Below, piece by piece: positions 38,188 through 48,435 of a DNA stretch of 64,000 nt (positions within the stretch are counted from its first letter, which is position 1; every line of letters starts with the position of its first letter). The notes under the pieces are model-generated. The model did not search any database and was not told the DNA's origin. It saw only the letters and a program-made list of their open reading frames with translations. The position numbers and the translations under genes were made by a program. Location: the NCBI GenBank assembly GCA_965248535.1, contig CBDFJR010000005.1:128001-192000 (forward strand), in the 5' to 3' direction. The stretch comes from Phormidesmis sp. (lineage in GTDB: Bacteria > Cyanobacteriota > Cyanobacteriia > Leptolyngbyales > Leptolyngbyaceae).

Positions 38188-40241
38188 TACAAAACTCCAG
38201 TTAGTGGTAATTTGACCATGAATTCTGCACCGCCTAGTTCACCGTTTGCTTTCGCCCATATTTCACCGCCTAAATCAGTGACCGAATCTTTAACGATCGT
38301 CAACCCCAAACCTGTACCTCCTGATGTGGTTGTTCGACCAGGCAGCCAAATCTCGTCTAGAGCCAAGCTTTTAATCCCAAGACCACTATCCAGAAATCGA
38401 AGCTCAAGATAGGTTGTCGTCAACACGGTATTAACTACAATTTGACGTTTTTCACAGGGTGCATCTTTGTCGTTGAAGGCATTAATTGCATTAGTCATGA
38501 GATTAACAAGGATGGCTTCTAAGAGGGAAATGCTGCCACGTATCGATGGTGCGCCATCAGCTAACTCTTTCTTAACGTCTACTTTTGCTTCTTCTAAAAA
38601 TGGTTGGAATAGCTCGATCACTCCATCAATTACATTGTGAACATCAACAGTACTCGATCGTCGTTTTGTGCGTTTTAGTAGATGTAGAGGAAACTTAGCA
38701 AAACTCTTTAATGAGTTCGCAGCCCTATACAGCATCTCTACAGGCTCACCTAGAGTTCTGACATACTGACCCGCTAATAGTTTTTGTCCTTGTGTTGCAA
38801 TTCGTTTAGCAGCTTTCTCAACTAAAGTGACTGGTTTACCTGACTCATGGGCAAATAGCGCGGCGGTTGTACCCGCTGTTGCCAAACTACGGTAGAGCAA
38901 TACGTCTTCCCGTAATGACTGAGTTTCACGCTCCTTAACTCTTTCGTAGTTCTGGATCAACTGAAGTACTTGTGTGCGAGATGTTTGAGGAATCTCTAAT
39001 GCTGCGATCGTTTCCTCAACTTTAGTTTTAGCCTCTACTACAGCATGGTTGATGTCTCGCTTGCCTTGATCTCGTTTTTTCTCAGACTCCTTCAATCTCA
39101 CATCAGCCATCCACTTAAAAGCATCGATCGCAAATTGTCTAAGTTCAGAAAACGCCTCATTTTCAATAAATCCTAGTCGATCTGTCTTTTGAATTAAGAC
39201 ATCATCTGGGTCAACGACAACCACACGACCAATTACCGTGTTAGTTGAAGGACGCTCTTCGGCTGCTTTTGCCCTTTCCAGGTTAATATTCAACCAATCG
39301 TTACCTGAGTCTCCATAGGGTTTCACTCGTAGCCCTCGATGATAGAAATGCACCCCTCCTACAATCGAGAGCCAATCTCTAATCTCTCCAATAGATGCTG
39401 TTCTCTCTCTTCGAGAAAAGGTTTGGGAACTCAGCCCAAAAATCCACACTTCGAGGTTTGCTGCTACTGTTTGATAGGGTCTTTGGGCAGAGTGTTGAAG
39501 ATCACTACGGAACAAGACATCCCCCTTCCAATCTGTAAGCCTTGCTTCAGCTTTACCATGAGCATCTAGAGAGGCGCTGAGTCGGTATTCAGTATCCTCA
39601 AAATAAGCTTCTTGCACCCGCTTTTCCAGTTCAGCGAACCCTGGAGCAATCAGTTTGGGACGGAAGCCAGTTTCACTATCAAACGGGTCTGCTAGTAATA
39701 AAAGTTCCCTGGCTAACCGTTGAACTTCCCGTTTACCCAGTTTAAATCTTAAATTTTGAATAATAGTATCAGTGCCTTGGGATTGTTGTGTTTCATCCTC
39801 TTCGACAGCGAGAGCAACATCTTCAACCACTTTTGCCTGAGCAAAGTCATTCCAGTCGATGGACAGAGAATATTCAATGCCAGAGTTGTCAGCAGATCGA
39901 GTTTTCAAGGTAACGTACGAACCTTGTCGAAGAGCCGCCAGTCTCCCTAAGCCCTTATCCCCCACAGGTAACCGCCCTAATTGAGTGGGAAGACGAGCCG
40001 CTTTTTTAGAGCGCCCAATGACAAGCCACCCCTCAGCGATCGCGTTTAAGTCCATGCCAATGCCATTATCTGATACGACAAGCGAACCCCCAGTTGTTTC
40101 AGAATTGATTATTTGAACTGTACATTCTGTGGCATCTGCGTCGTAAGAATTCTTTACCAGTTCCATAATGCCTTGGTCAGGATTAGGGATGAGTTCCTCA
40201 CCCAATCTACTTAGGATGTCTGGCGAGAATTTGAAGTGCAT
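38187..40241 (-). CDS. MORC-like GHKL ATPase fused to a histidine kinase
   Basis: N-terminal ELVKNSYDADA, DNGIGM, GDKGLGR, GT; C-terminal FAHESGKP (H box), NLMTNA (N), DSGLGI (G1), GGTGLGL (G2). Confidence 0.88.
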   Translation of the reverse strand: MHFKFSPDILSRLGEELIPNPDQGIMELVKNSYDADATECTVQIINSETTGGSLVVSDNGIGMDLNAIAEGWLVIGRSKKAARLPTQLGRLPVGDKGLGRLAALRQGSYVTLKTRSADNSGIEYSLSIDWNDFAQAKVVEDVALAVEEDETQQSQGTDTIIQNLRFKLGKREVQRLARELLLLADPFDSETGFRPKLIAPGFAELEKRVQEAYFEDTEYRLSASLDAHGKAEARLTDWKGDVLFRSDLQHSAQRPYQTVAANLEVWIFGLSSQTFSRRERTASIGEIRDWLSIVGGVHFYHRGLRVKPYGDSGNDWLNINLERAKAAEERPSTNTVIGRVVVVDPDDVLIQKTDRLGFIENEAFSELRQFAIDAFKWMADVRLKESEKKRDQGKRDINHAVVEAKTKVEETIAALEIPQTSRTQVLQLIQNYERVKERETQSLREDVLLYRSLATAGTTAALFAHESGKPVTLVEKAAKRIATQGQKLLAGQYVRTLGEPVEMLYRAANSLKSFAKFPLHLLKRTKRRSSTVDVHNVIDGVIELFQPFLEEAKVDVKKELADGAPSIRGSISLLEAILVNLMTNAINAFNDKDAPCEKRQIVVNTVLTTTYLELRFLDSGLGIKSLALDEIWLPGRTTTSGGTGLGLTIVKDSVTDLGGEIWAKANGELGGAEFMVKLPLTGVL

Positions 40242-40523
40242 TGCTATTTTTTGTGCCAGTGAGATTTTATCGTTGTCCTCATCATATCAATCTCCCAAAA
40301 ATGCGTTCTGATGGTGGGTAAATTTTATTGGGAATGCACCTAGAAGTCGTCTCTATTTTGCGGAGTCACTGCTCATCCCTCAACAACTACCCCACAGATT
40401 GACTCCTGAATGGCGAAACCGCAGACAACTGGATGCCCTCACCGCAACTTGCCGTTGCACTTTGCACTTAAACGCTCCCCCTGCAATGCGACAATGAACC
40501 CGTCCCTTTGTCGATAAACTCCC

Positions 40524-40751
40524 ATGTGGCGTGTCATCGTTTATTGTTCTGCTGATAGCTGGCGCATTCATGCCACTGCTTTTAAAGCCATTGCTGCAAA
40601 ATATCAGACCAAGCCGCTCTCTAGCAAAAAAATGAAAGACGATGAGCGGCGAATTATGGAATTTCAGGTAGAGGAGGTGGACGATGCTGAGTCTTTTCAA
40701 GATGAGTGCATGACGCTGGAAGGATTTAGCGCTCAGTTTGAGTCGCTGTAA
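40524..40751 (+). CDS. Small conserved hypothetical protein
   Basis: 75-aa ATG ORF of natural composition. Confidence 0.6.
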   Translation: MWRVIVYCSADSWRIHATAFKAIAAKYQTKPLSSKKMKDDERRIMEFQVEEVDDAESFQDECMTLEGFSAQFESL

Positions 40752-40856
40752 GGACATTTATATCCAGCGATCGTTCAAACTCAGATAAACCTCCCGGCTG
40801 ATGCAGATTTGGGCAGAAAGTGAGCTTTACTAGGCAAAGGGTTTCTAAAAAGTTTC

Positions 40857-41597
40857 ATGGCAAAGCAGCGATCGGATCTCAAAATTCTCCTCCTACAAAT
40901 CCGCAGTGACGCGATCACGCGATTAGAAGAGCTAGACGAGTTTGGGCGCTATGGTCGCTTAGAACCCCACCAGTTTTCGGTGCTCGATGTCTTTGCCACT
41001 CCTGACTTTAGCCCGACTGAGATTGAAGGCTATGATGCGTTATTTATCGGCGGATCGAGTGATGCCTCGGTGACTCAGCCAGCGTTATATCCCTTTGTCG
41101 AACCTACTAAGAAGCTGATTGTTCACTGTCTTGACAAAAGCATTCCTGTTTTTGCTTCTTGTTTTGGGTTTCAGGCGGCGATCGAGGCCTTAGGTGGGCA
41201 AGTGATCGTCGATAAACCCAATATGGAGATGGGCACCTATCCCATTTGGTTGACTGAAAATGCTGCGAGTGATTTGCTCTTTCATGACGTGCCGAATGGG
41301 TTTCTAGCCATCTCAGGTCACAAAGAACGGGCAATTTCAATGCCCAAAGATGCCATTTTGTTAGCCTATTCCGATCTCTGTCCGTTTCACGCCTTTAAGA
41401 TTGTCGATAAACCATTTTATGGCTTTCAGTTTCACCCCGAAGTCGATGCCAAAGATTTAGTCGCTCGCATCAGTCGCTATCACGAACGATATTTGGACGA
41501 TCGGGCCCTGCTCGATCGCATTCTAGATCAAGCGCAAGACACGCCGATCGCCAATCAACTAATCGAGAAGTTTGTCGATCGCATCCTGCTACAGTAA
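40857..41597 (+). CDS. Type 1 glutamine amidotransferase (GMP-synthase-like)
   Basis: GGS, SCFGFQ (catalytic Cys), QFHPE. Confidence 0.88.
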   Translation: MAKQRSDLKILLLQIRSDAITRLEELDEFGRYGRLEPHQFSVLDVFATPDFSPTEIEGYDALFIGGSSDASVTQPALYPFVEPTKKLIVHCLDKSIPVFASCFGFQAAIEALGGQVIVDKPNMEMGTYPIWLTENAASDLLFHDVPNGFLAISGHKERAISMPKDAILLAYSDLCPFHAFKIVDKPFYGFQFHPEVDAKDLVARISRYHERYLDDRALLDRILDQAQDTPIANQLIEKFVDRILLQ

Positions 41598-42776
41598 GTC
41601 CAAAATTTCTTGGGCGGCCCGATCGCACACTCCCACTTCTCCCACGGCTCGACGCATTTCTTGATAGTCTGCCAGCATTTTTTGACGGCGATCAGGCTGA
41701 AGCAGGGCGATCGCTTCTTCGACAATGTTTTCTACGGTGGCTTCGTCTTGCAGAAATTCTGGCACGATCGGCTTCATTTCGACCAAGTTAGGCGGCGACA
41801 TAAAGGGAATCGACACCCTGAGAATCTTTTGAGCAATCCAGGCGGTGACGCGATTGACGCGATAAAGCACCACTTGCGGCACGTCTAGTAAGGCCATTTC
41901 AAGATTTACCGTGCCCGATTTGGTGATGGCTAGATCTGCGGCCGCGATCGCTTGCAGGGTTGTCTGCCCTTGATTGCTGTCTAACAATGTCGCCCGCAGT
42001 CCATATTCCTCAATCGCTTGCTCGATCGCCCAGCGATATTTTTCTAGCGCTAGCGGAATCCAAAAATGAGCTTTGGGAAACGTTTCTTGAATTTGCTGCG
42101 CCGCCTCAAAGATCACAGGCAGCAGATACTTCAACTCTTGTTGACGAGACGCAGGCAACAGCACGATCGCCGTTTCGTCAGGGGGAATGCCCAGCGCCGA
42201 TCGCGCATCTTCTCGACTCGGAGCCGCCTGCACCCGATCGACTAAGGGATGCCCCACCCAAGCCACGTTTCCGCCCTTGCGTTTGAAATAGTTAGCCTCT
42301 TCTTGAAAGATCGCCAAAATTTTGCGAGTGGCTCCCACAATGCGATCGGTGTTGTAAGAACTCGCCGACCACACCCACTCTTGAGGCGCAATAAAATAGA
42401 CCACAGGCACTTGAGGCAAATGCTTGGGCAAATAGCTGCAAAACGCCACATTGGGAGTCATGTAGTCAATCAACACCACCACATCAGGTGGATGGGTTTT
42501 GAGATATTGCTTGGCTTGCTGCTGCACCTTGAGAGTGGGCAAGATATAGGGCAAGGATTCCAGCAGCCCGATCGAGCCGATGGCGCTGGTGTGTCCGAGC
42601 AGTTTGGCTCCGGCTTCTTCCATGCGATCGCCGCCCAAGGCCAAAATTTCTAACACCATGCCCAGCTTTTCGGCGCGGCGCTGCAAAGCTTGAATCAGCA
42701 AAGCCCCCTGAAGATCGCCGGAGACTTCGCCTGTGCTGATGAAAACGCGAACGGGTTTTAAAGAGTCGGACTTCAT
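41589..42776 (-). CDS. lpxB: Lipid-A-disaccharide synthase
   Basis: GEVSGD, APQEWVW, GHPL, LPASR, KSGT.NLE. Confidence 0.95.
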   Translation of the reverse strand: MKSDSLKPVRVFISTGEVSGDLQGALLIQALQRRAEKLGMVLEILALGGDRMEEAGAKLLGHTSAIGSIGLLESLPYILPTLKVQQQAKQYLKTHPPDVVVLIDYMTPNVAFCSYLPKHLPQVPVVYFIAPQEWVWSASSYNTDRIVGATRKILAIFQEEANYFKRKGGNVAWVGHPLVDRVQAAPSREDARSALGIPPDETAIVLLPASRQQELKYLLPVIFEAAQQIQETFPKAHFWIPLALEKYRWAIEQAIEEYGLRATLLDSNQGQTTLQAIAAADLAITKSGTVNLEMALLDVPQVVLYRVNRVTAWIAQKILRVSIPFMSPPNLVEMKPIVPEFLQDEATVENIVEEAIALLQPDRRQKMLADYQEMRRAVGEVGVCDRAAQEILDLL

Positions 42777-43594
42777 CCTTCATCCCTCACACGCTTTCCG
42801 GGCGTTAGCCCTCGTCTGCCGGGCAAGAGAGATTGCCGAATAAATCGCTGCAAGTGCTGCAAATGGACGTTTTCGGGCAGTAATTCTAGCTGCTCGATCG
42901 CGTCATTTAGCGTCAACCCCGATCGATAGATCAATCGAAACGCTTTTTTGAGCAACTGCATGGTTTGTCCGTCGTGCTCATCGGCTAGGCCCGATCGCTG
43001 TAAGCCAATTAAGTTGAGCGATCGCACCCGTGAAGGGTTGCCCTCCACCGTCATATAGGGCGGAACGTCTCGATCGATGCGAGCCATGCCGCCGACCATG
43101 GCGTGTCGCCCAATGTGCACAAATTGATGAACGCCCAGCACGCCGCTCAGTCGCGCTCGTGACTCAATGTGGACGTGACCCGCTAACGCCACCGCATTGG
43201 AAATGATCACCTGATCTTCGATCGAGCAGTTATGCCCGACGTGGACGTTTGCCATCAGCATATTGCCATTGCCGATCGTCGTGACTTCGCCCGCAAACGT
43301 GGCCCGATGAATGGTGACAAACTCGCGAATCTGGTTGTCGTCGCCAATCTTGACCAGACTCAGCGCCCCATTATATTTCAAGTCTTGCGGCTCTAGCCCA
43401 ATCACCGCACCCGGAAAGATGTGATTGCGATCGCCGATCTCAGTCTGGCCTTCTAGCACCACATGATGACCGACCAGACTTCCGGCTCCCACTGTCACCT
43501 TTTCCCCAATCACCGCATAAGCGCCCACCGTCACCGTCGGGTGAAGTTGAGCACCAGGATGAATAACTGCCGTTGGATGAATCAGGGTTGCCAT
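42773..43594 (-). CDS. lpxA: UDP-N-acetylglucosamine acyltransferase
   Basis: Hexapeptide repeats, PQDLKY, IREFVTI, HVGHNC, LAGHV, VHQF. Confidence 0.95.
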   Translation of the reverse strand: MATLIHPTAVIHPGAQLHPTVTVGAYAVIGEKVTVGAGSLVGHHVVLEGQTEIGDRNHIFPGAVIGLEPQDLKYNGALSLVKIGDDNQIREFVTIHRATFAGEVTTIGNGNMLMANVHVGHNCSIEDQVIISNAVALAGHVHIESRARLSGVLGVHQFVHIGRHAMVGGMARIDRDVPPYMTVEGNPSRVRSLNLIGLQRSGLADEHDGQTMQLLKKAFRLIYRSGLTLNDAIEQLELLPENVHLQHLQRFIRQSLLPGRRGLTPGKRVRDEG

Positions 43595-43596
43595 AA

Positions 43597-43726
43597 AAGT
43601 TTTGAGGTTTGAGTTCTGAGTTTTAGGGGGTTAAATTGCAGGGTTTACGACACGAACAGCGATCGAGAGAAGTCGATACACCAGTGATTAGCAGTGACTC
43701 AACTCAAAATTCAAAGCTCAAAACCC
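43597..43726. repeat. Short tandem heptamer-like repeats (STRR-like) in inverted arrangement
   Basis: gttttgag/gtttgag/ttctgag/ttttag on one side; actcaaa/attcaaa/gctcaaa on the other. Confidence 0.55.
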
Positions 43727-43730
43727 ACGC

Positions 43731-44255
43731 TTAACTGACTAACGCAAACATTAAATCACCTTCGCAAGCCAATTGTCCGTCTACTTCGGCACGACCGCGC
43801 ATCTTCCCAAAACGACGAGCTTTAACTGACAGCAGTTCCACCGTTATGACTAGCTGATCGCCAGGCACCACGGGGCGACGAAACCGCACGCCATCAATGC
43901 CCGCAAACATAAACAGACCACCCTGCACGTCTGCCATCTGGGTCAGCACCACGCCACCCACCTGGGCCATGGCTTCAATAATCAGCACCCCCGGCATGAT
44001 TGGTTTGCCTGGAAAGTGCCCTTGAAAATGTGGCTCATTAAACGAGACATTCTTGATCCCGATCGCCATCTTGGCGGGCACGTAGTCAATGATGCGATCG
44101 ACCAGCGCAAACGGGTAGCGGTGAGGCAACAGAGCGTGAATTTCTTCAACTGTGAACACGGTTTTTTGAGGAGCGGGTTCAGAAGCCTGTTCGGTGGGCA
44201 GATCAACGTGGAGCGCAGCCGCATTTTCTGAATTGGTATCAATCAGGGTTGACAT
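43731..44255 (-). CDS. fabZ: 3-hydroxyacyl-ACP dehydratase
   Basis: [28 protein letters not shown]. Confidence 0.96.
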   Translation of the reverse strand: MSTLIDTNSENAAALHVDLPTEQASEPAPQKTVFTVEEIHALLPHRYPFALVDRIIDYVPAKMAIGIKNVSFNEPHFQGHFPGKPIMPGVLIIEAMAQVGGVVLTQMADVQGGLFMFAGIDGVRFRRPVVPGDQLVITVELLSVKARRFGKMRGRAEVDGQLACEGDLMFALVS

Positions 44256-45145
44256 GGGTTGGGTGGTGAATATAGGGCGAGGGAAATTTTTTGTGCAAGC
44301 TGAGTGTGCAGACGGTGACTTGCCTTGTAAGCAAGAAAATGGGCGATCGGAATAACTCCCAGCAAACTCAAGTCCCCTACTAAGTCTAAAAGCTTATGGC
44401 GCACTGGCTCATTGGAAAATCTGAGGGGAGGGTTTAGCCAGCCTTCAGGGCCACACACCAAAGCGTTTTCTAACGACCCTCCTTTGATCAGCCCGCTAGC
44501 ACGAAGCTGATCGATTTGATGAGCTAACCCAAAGGTGCGGGCCGGGGCAAGCTCGGCCGCAAAGGAATCACCACTCCCAGGGGCCCAACTGTGCCACTGT
44601 TGCCCGATCGCCGCTAGCTCAAAGTCAATGCCATAGCTAAACCGCAGCGCCAGAGCCGGGATCGCCGCCACAAACGCATCGCCTTCATAGATCCAAATCG
44701 GCTCTGCAAGGGAGGGAGTGACGCGATCGACCGCTTGAGAAACGAGACCGACTTCCGCGATCGCGCTCACCCATTCCTGGGCAGAACCGTCTAATAAAGG
44801 CACTTCGGCCCCGTCAATCTCAATGCGGGCGTTGTCAACCCCCAGTCCCGTCAGCGCTGCCAGCAAATGCTCAACCGTGCGAACCTTGGCATCGCCCTGG
44901 ATCAACTCCGTCGAGAGCATCGTGGGACTGACCGCCTCGATTTGGGCAGAGATGATTGGCTCACCCGGCAAATCAACTCGCACAAAATAGCGCCCCTCTC
45001 CAGGGTTCGCCGGACAAATTTGCACCTGCGTTAACGTTCCAGAGTGCAGACCAATGCCCGATCGGGTCACCGTCTGCGCCAGAGTGTGCTGAGAAGACAA
45101 ATTCAAGCTGGTTTCTGCCCCTGATTGAGTCGTGACCGTTGTCAT
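44243..45145 (-). CDS. lpxC: UDP-3-O-acyl-GlcNAc deacetylase
   Basis: [31 protein letters not shown]. Confidence 0.96.
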   Translation of the reverse strand: MTTVTTQSGAETSLNLSSQHTLAQTVTRSGIGLHSGTLTQVQICPANPGEGRYFVRVDLPGEPIISAQIEAVSPTMLSTELIQGDAKVRTVEHLLAALTGLGVDNARIEIDGAEVPLLDGSAQEWVSAIAEVGLVSQAVDRVTPSLAEPIWIYEGDAFVAAIPALALRFSYGIDFELAAIGQQWHSWAPGSGDSFAAELAPARTFGLAHQIDQLRASGLIKGGSLENALVCGPEGWLNPPLRFSNEPVRHKLLDLVGDLSLLGVIPIAHFLAYKASHRLHTQLAQKISLALYSPPNPCQP

Positions 45146-47454
45146 TAAAATCGCTCCCCAAACCCAAAGCGAATGTTGTTGCCGCCACGATCGTTCAGAC
45201 CAAAATCGATCCGAATCGGGCCGAGCGGAGATTGCACCCTCACGCCAATCCCATAGCCAAAGCCACTTCCCGGCTTGCCGCGCACTCCGGCTGGGTCACC
45301 CGGCACATTCTTTCCACTGCCTAAATCGCTGGCAGCATCGACAAACAACGCCCCAGAGATAATCGAGAATACGGGAAACCGATATTCTGCGGTGGCTTGC
45401 AGATAGCTGCGACCGCTGCCCACATCGCCTTCGTCATAGCCCCGCACCGAGTTGGTGCCACCGAGGGGAAACGCCTCATAGGGCGGTAGATCACCCAACA
45501 CAGTGCCACCTTGAAGGTTAAAGGCCAAGGCTTGCGCGCAACCGCCTGTCGGGGGCTTTTCACCAATTTTCAAGACTTTATTATCTCGACAGCCCGGCGT
45601 GAGACGAGTCAACCGCACCGGAACATAAAAGCTATAGTTTCCGCGCAGGCGATTAAAGAGAATGCTGCCACTGCCCAACGGAACCGATTGCTCAGTGCTA
45701 AAGCTGAGAACCGAGCCGCTGGTGGGGGTCAGAAAATTGTTGCGGCGATCGCGCACAAACCCCAGTCTCCCCGTGATCAAATCATCTTTGCCACTAGAGT
45801 CAAAACTCAACAGGTTGCCCAAACTGTCTCTCGGACTCAGCTTGCCATCGGCATCTCGAATCGAAACCCGTTGATATTGGAATCCGAGAGAAGCCGTCCA
45901 TTCTGCCCGCTTAAAGGGATTTCGCTCTAAAGGACGGTTAAAGCTGATGCCGCCTCCCGTTCTCAAAACACGAGGACGATCGCCGTTGGGTAACTTAATT
46001 TCTGGGTCGCCCCCATCAAAAACGAGTGAAATCGTCTTGCGTCTAAACAGGTTAACCGTGTAGGACGTGCGGAACGGGTCGCCCCCAATCCACGGGTCAG
46101 TAAAGCTCAGGTCAAAGAGTTGATCGCGCTGACCAATCTGCACTTCTGCATTCAGCTTTTGGTCATTGCCGCCCACATTTTGCTGCTGATAGCTGACGCT
46201 GCCAAACAGACCACTGGCAGAGCTAAAGCCCCCAGCCAGACCAACGTTGCCCGTGTTCTTTTCGGTGACGTTGGCGACCACAATCACTTTACGAGGGTCT
46301 TGACCCGGACTCAGCGACAGCTTGATGTCATCAAAAATGCCTAAGCCAAAAGCCCGTTGCAGATCTCGCTCGGCTGTCGCCCGGTTAAAGACATCGCCCG
46401 GTTTTAGCTCAAACTCACGGGTGACGATAAAATCTCGCGTCCGGCCTCGAATCGGATTGCCCTTGGCATCTTTTTCTTCGCCTTGTTTATTGACAAACCG
46501 GACTTGCAGCCCCTCGACCACTCCTTCTGCCACTTCTAGCGTCACGGAGCCATCAGGAGCAACCTTGGGCACGTTGACTACCTGGGCCAAAACATAGCCA
46601 TTGTCTTGATACCACTTGGTCAGAGCTTGAATGCCTGTCTGAAGCTGGCGCAGGTTGAGCGTGGTGCCATATTGCGGGGTAAAAATATCGCTGACCACTT
46701 TGGCGGGCACGACACGAGCACCCTCTAGCTGCACAGACTTTAAGACGGGGTTGGGCTGCACTTCAAACGTGACTCGCACCCCAAGCGGTGTATCGGCTGG
46801 CGTTGCCTTGACGTTTTGAAAGAAGCCAGTCGCAAAGATGGCATTGATGTCTTCTTGCAGTTGCGATCGGGTGGTCGTCCGTCCGGGTTGGGTGCGAATG
46901 ACTCGATAGACTTCAGCTTGCAGATCAGCTTCTGCACCGACTACAAGCACCTCGCCGACTAGCACTCTAGGCTCTGGTGCCGCGTCGGGGGCTGGGCTGG
47001 GAGTCGTTGAAGGGGTTGGAGTTGAAGGTTGAGGAGTCGGAGCCGGAACCGTGGGAATAGTCAAGGTCGGTGAGGTTGGAGACGGAGGATTAAGCTGAAT
47101 TGGGTTAGGCTGCTGCTCGTCAACTGGGCTGCCTTGAGTTTGGGCGATCTCAACGGCGGCAGTCACCAATTTTGACCGAAATGGTTTTAGGGGCTGGGCT
47201 GAGATTGTGTCAGGAACGGAAACCGCAGCCACCTTCACCGTCTCGACCACAACATCTTGGCTCGATCGCTGCGTCTGAGCAGTCACCTTTTCTGACGGTT
47301 GACTCGGTTTAATGCCGGGGTCAGTTCCTATGACCTGGAGAGGGGTCACCTGTGATTTTTGGGAGCCTTCAGGGGGTTGGGCTTTTGCAGAACTCGACCA
47401 GCCAACGGTGGCGACAGCCGCAAAGGCTGCCATTAAAACAGGGGATAATCGCAT
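45145..47454 (-). CDS. bamA: Omp85/BamA outer-membrane assembly protein (Toc75-like)
   Basis: Signal peptide, POTRA domains, GG..SVRGY, SPLGPIR.D, terminal GERF; ATG at 47454. Confidence 0.93.
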   Translation of the reverse strand: MRLSPVLMAAFAAVATVGWSSSAKAQPPEGSQKSQVTPLQVIGTDPGIKPSQPSEKVTAQTQRSSQDVVVETVKVAAVSVPDTISAQPLKPFRSKLVTAAVEIAQTQGSPVDEQQPNPIQLNPPSPTSPTLTIPTVPAPTPQPSTPTPSTTPSPAPDAAPEPRVLVGEVLVVGAEADLQAEVYRVIRTQPGRTTTRSQLQEDINAIFATGFFQNVKATPADTPLGVRVTFEVQPNPVLKSVQLEGARVVPAKVVSDIFTPQYGTTLNLRQLQTGIQALTKWYQDNGYVLAQVVNVPKVAPDGSVTLEVAEGVVEGLQVRFVNKQGEEKDAKGNPIRGRTRDFIVTREFELKPGDVFNRATAERDLQRAFGLGIFDDIKLSLSPGQDPRKVIVVANVTEKNTGNVGLAGGFSSASGLFGSVSYQQQNVGGNDQKLNAEVQIGQRDQLFDLSFTDPWIGGDPFRTSYTVNLFRRKTISLVFDGGDPEIKLPNGDRPRVLRTGGGISFNRPLERNPFKRAEWTASLGFQYQRVSIRDADGKLSPRDSLGNLLSFDSSGKDDLITGRLGFVRDRRNNFLTPTSGSVLSFSTEQSVPLGSGSILFNRLRGNYSFYVPVRLTRLTPGCRDNKVLKIGEKPPTGGCAQALAFNLQGGTVLGDLPPYEAFPLGGTNSVRGYDEGDVGSGRSYLQATAEYRFPVFSIISGALFVDAASDLGSGKNVPGDPAGVRGKPGSGFGYGIGVRVQSPLGPIRIDFGLNDRGGNNIRFGFGERF

Positions 47455-47626
47455 TTTGTTCACGTTACTTGGCACGTCCTCACACCAGAGTCTGCTCAGA
47501 GCAGATTCAACATCACAATATCAAGAAGCGGTTCCAATCCTAGCAGGCTGTGAAATTTTACCGCATTGTTGGGGGCTACTCTGCGGCGATCGAGCCAGTT
47601 ACTGCAAAATCATCTGAGGTGATTTG

Positions 47627-48355
47627 CTAAACGGCTTGGACTAAAACCCGCGCTAGCACTTGCTGATAGGCTTCTTCGACGCTGCCTAGATCGCGACGAA
47701 AACGGTCTTTATCCATAACGCGGCGATCGGGGTCAGTTTCGGTTTGGTTCCACAAGCGGCAAGTGTCAGGGCTGATCTCGTCGGCTAAGAGAAGCTGGTC
47801 TTTTGAGTCGATGCCAAACTCAAGCTTGAAGTCTACCAGGGTGATTTGACACTGGTTAAAGAAGGCGATGAGTAGGTCATTGATCCGCAGGGCCATTCTT
47901 CTTAATTGATCCACCTGATCATCGGCAGCCAGATCAAGAAGCCGAAGCCGATCGAGGGTTAGCAAAGGGTCACCCAATTGATCGTTTTTATAATAAAACT
48001 CCACGAGCGGTTGACTGAGAATTGTTCCGAGCTTCAGACCTGTTTGTTGACAGAGACTACCCGCTGCAATGTTCCTGACGACAACTTCTAAAGGCAAAAT
48101 TTTGACTGATTTGACCCGCATTTCATTGGGCGCAGGGCAGTCAATGAAATGGGTTGACACTCCGTTAGTTTCTAGCAATTTAAAAAGGTGAGCAGACATG
48201 GCGCAGTTGATTTCTCCTTTGCCAACGATGCTGCCTCGCTTTTGCGCGTTAAAGGCGGTGGCATCGTCTTTGAAGTGAGTTAATAAAATCTGTGGATCGT
48301 CTGTGGTGTAGAGGATCTTAGCTTTGCCTTCGTAGAGTTTTTGTCCGATCGACAT
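47627..48355 (-). CDS. purC: SAICAR synthase
   Basis: YEGKAK, FKDDATAFN, VDFKLEFG, ADEISPDTCR; ATG at 48355. Confidence 0.96.
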   Translation of the reverse strand: MSIGQKLYEGKAKILYTTDDPQILLTHFKDDATAFNAQKRGSIVGKGEINCAMSAHLFKLLETNGVSTHFIDCPAPNEMRVKSVKILPLEVVVRNIAAGSLCQQTGLKLGTILSQPLVEFYYKNDQLGDPLLTLDRLRLLDLAADDQVDQLRRMALRINDLLIAFFNQCQITLVDFKLEFGIDSKDQLLLADEISPDTCRLWNQTETDPDRRVMDKDRFRRDLGSVEEAYQQVLARVLVQAV

Positions 48356-48435
48356 GGCCGTGATCGCTCCCAAGCGCCAAATTTGAGTTTAACTATTGTA
48401 CCGTTCAACTCAGCGCTATTCGCAGTCTGTGATCG

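Noticed and set aside
40380..40757. 125-aa minus-strand ORF as a fourth gene of the islet
   Set aside because: Antisense shadow of the more plausible plus-strand gene 40524-40751; composition is unnatural.
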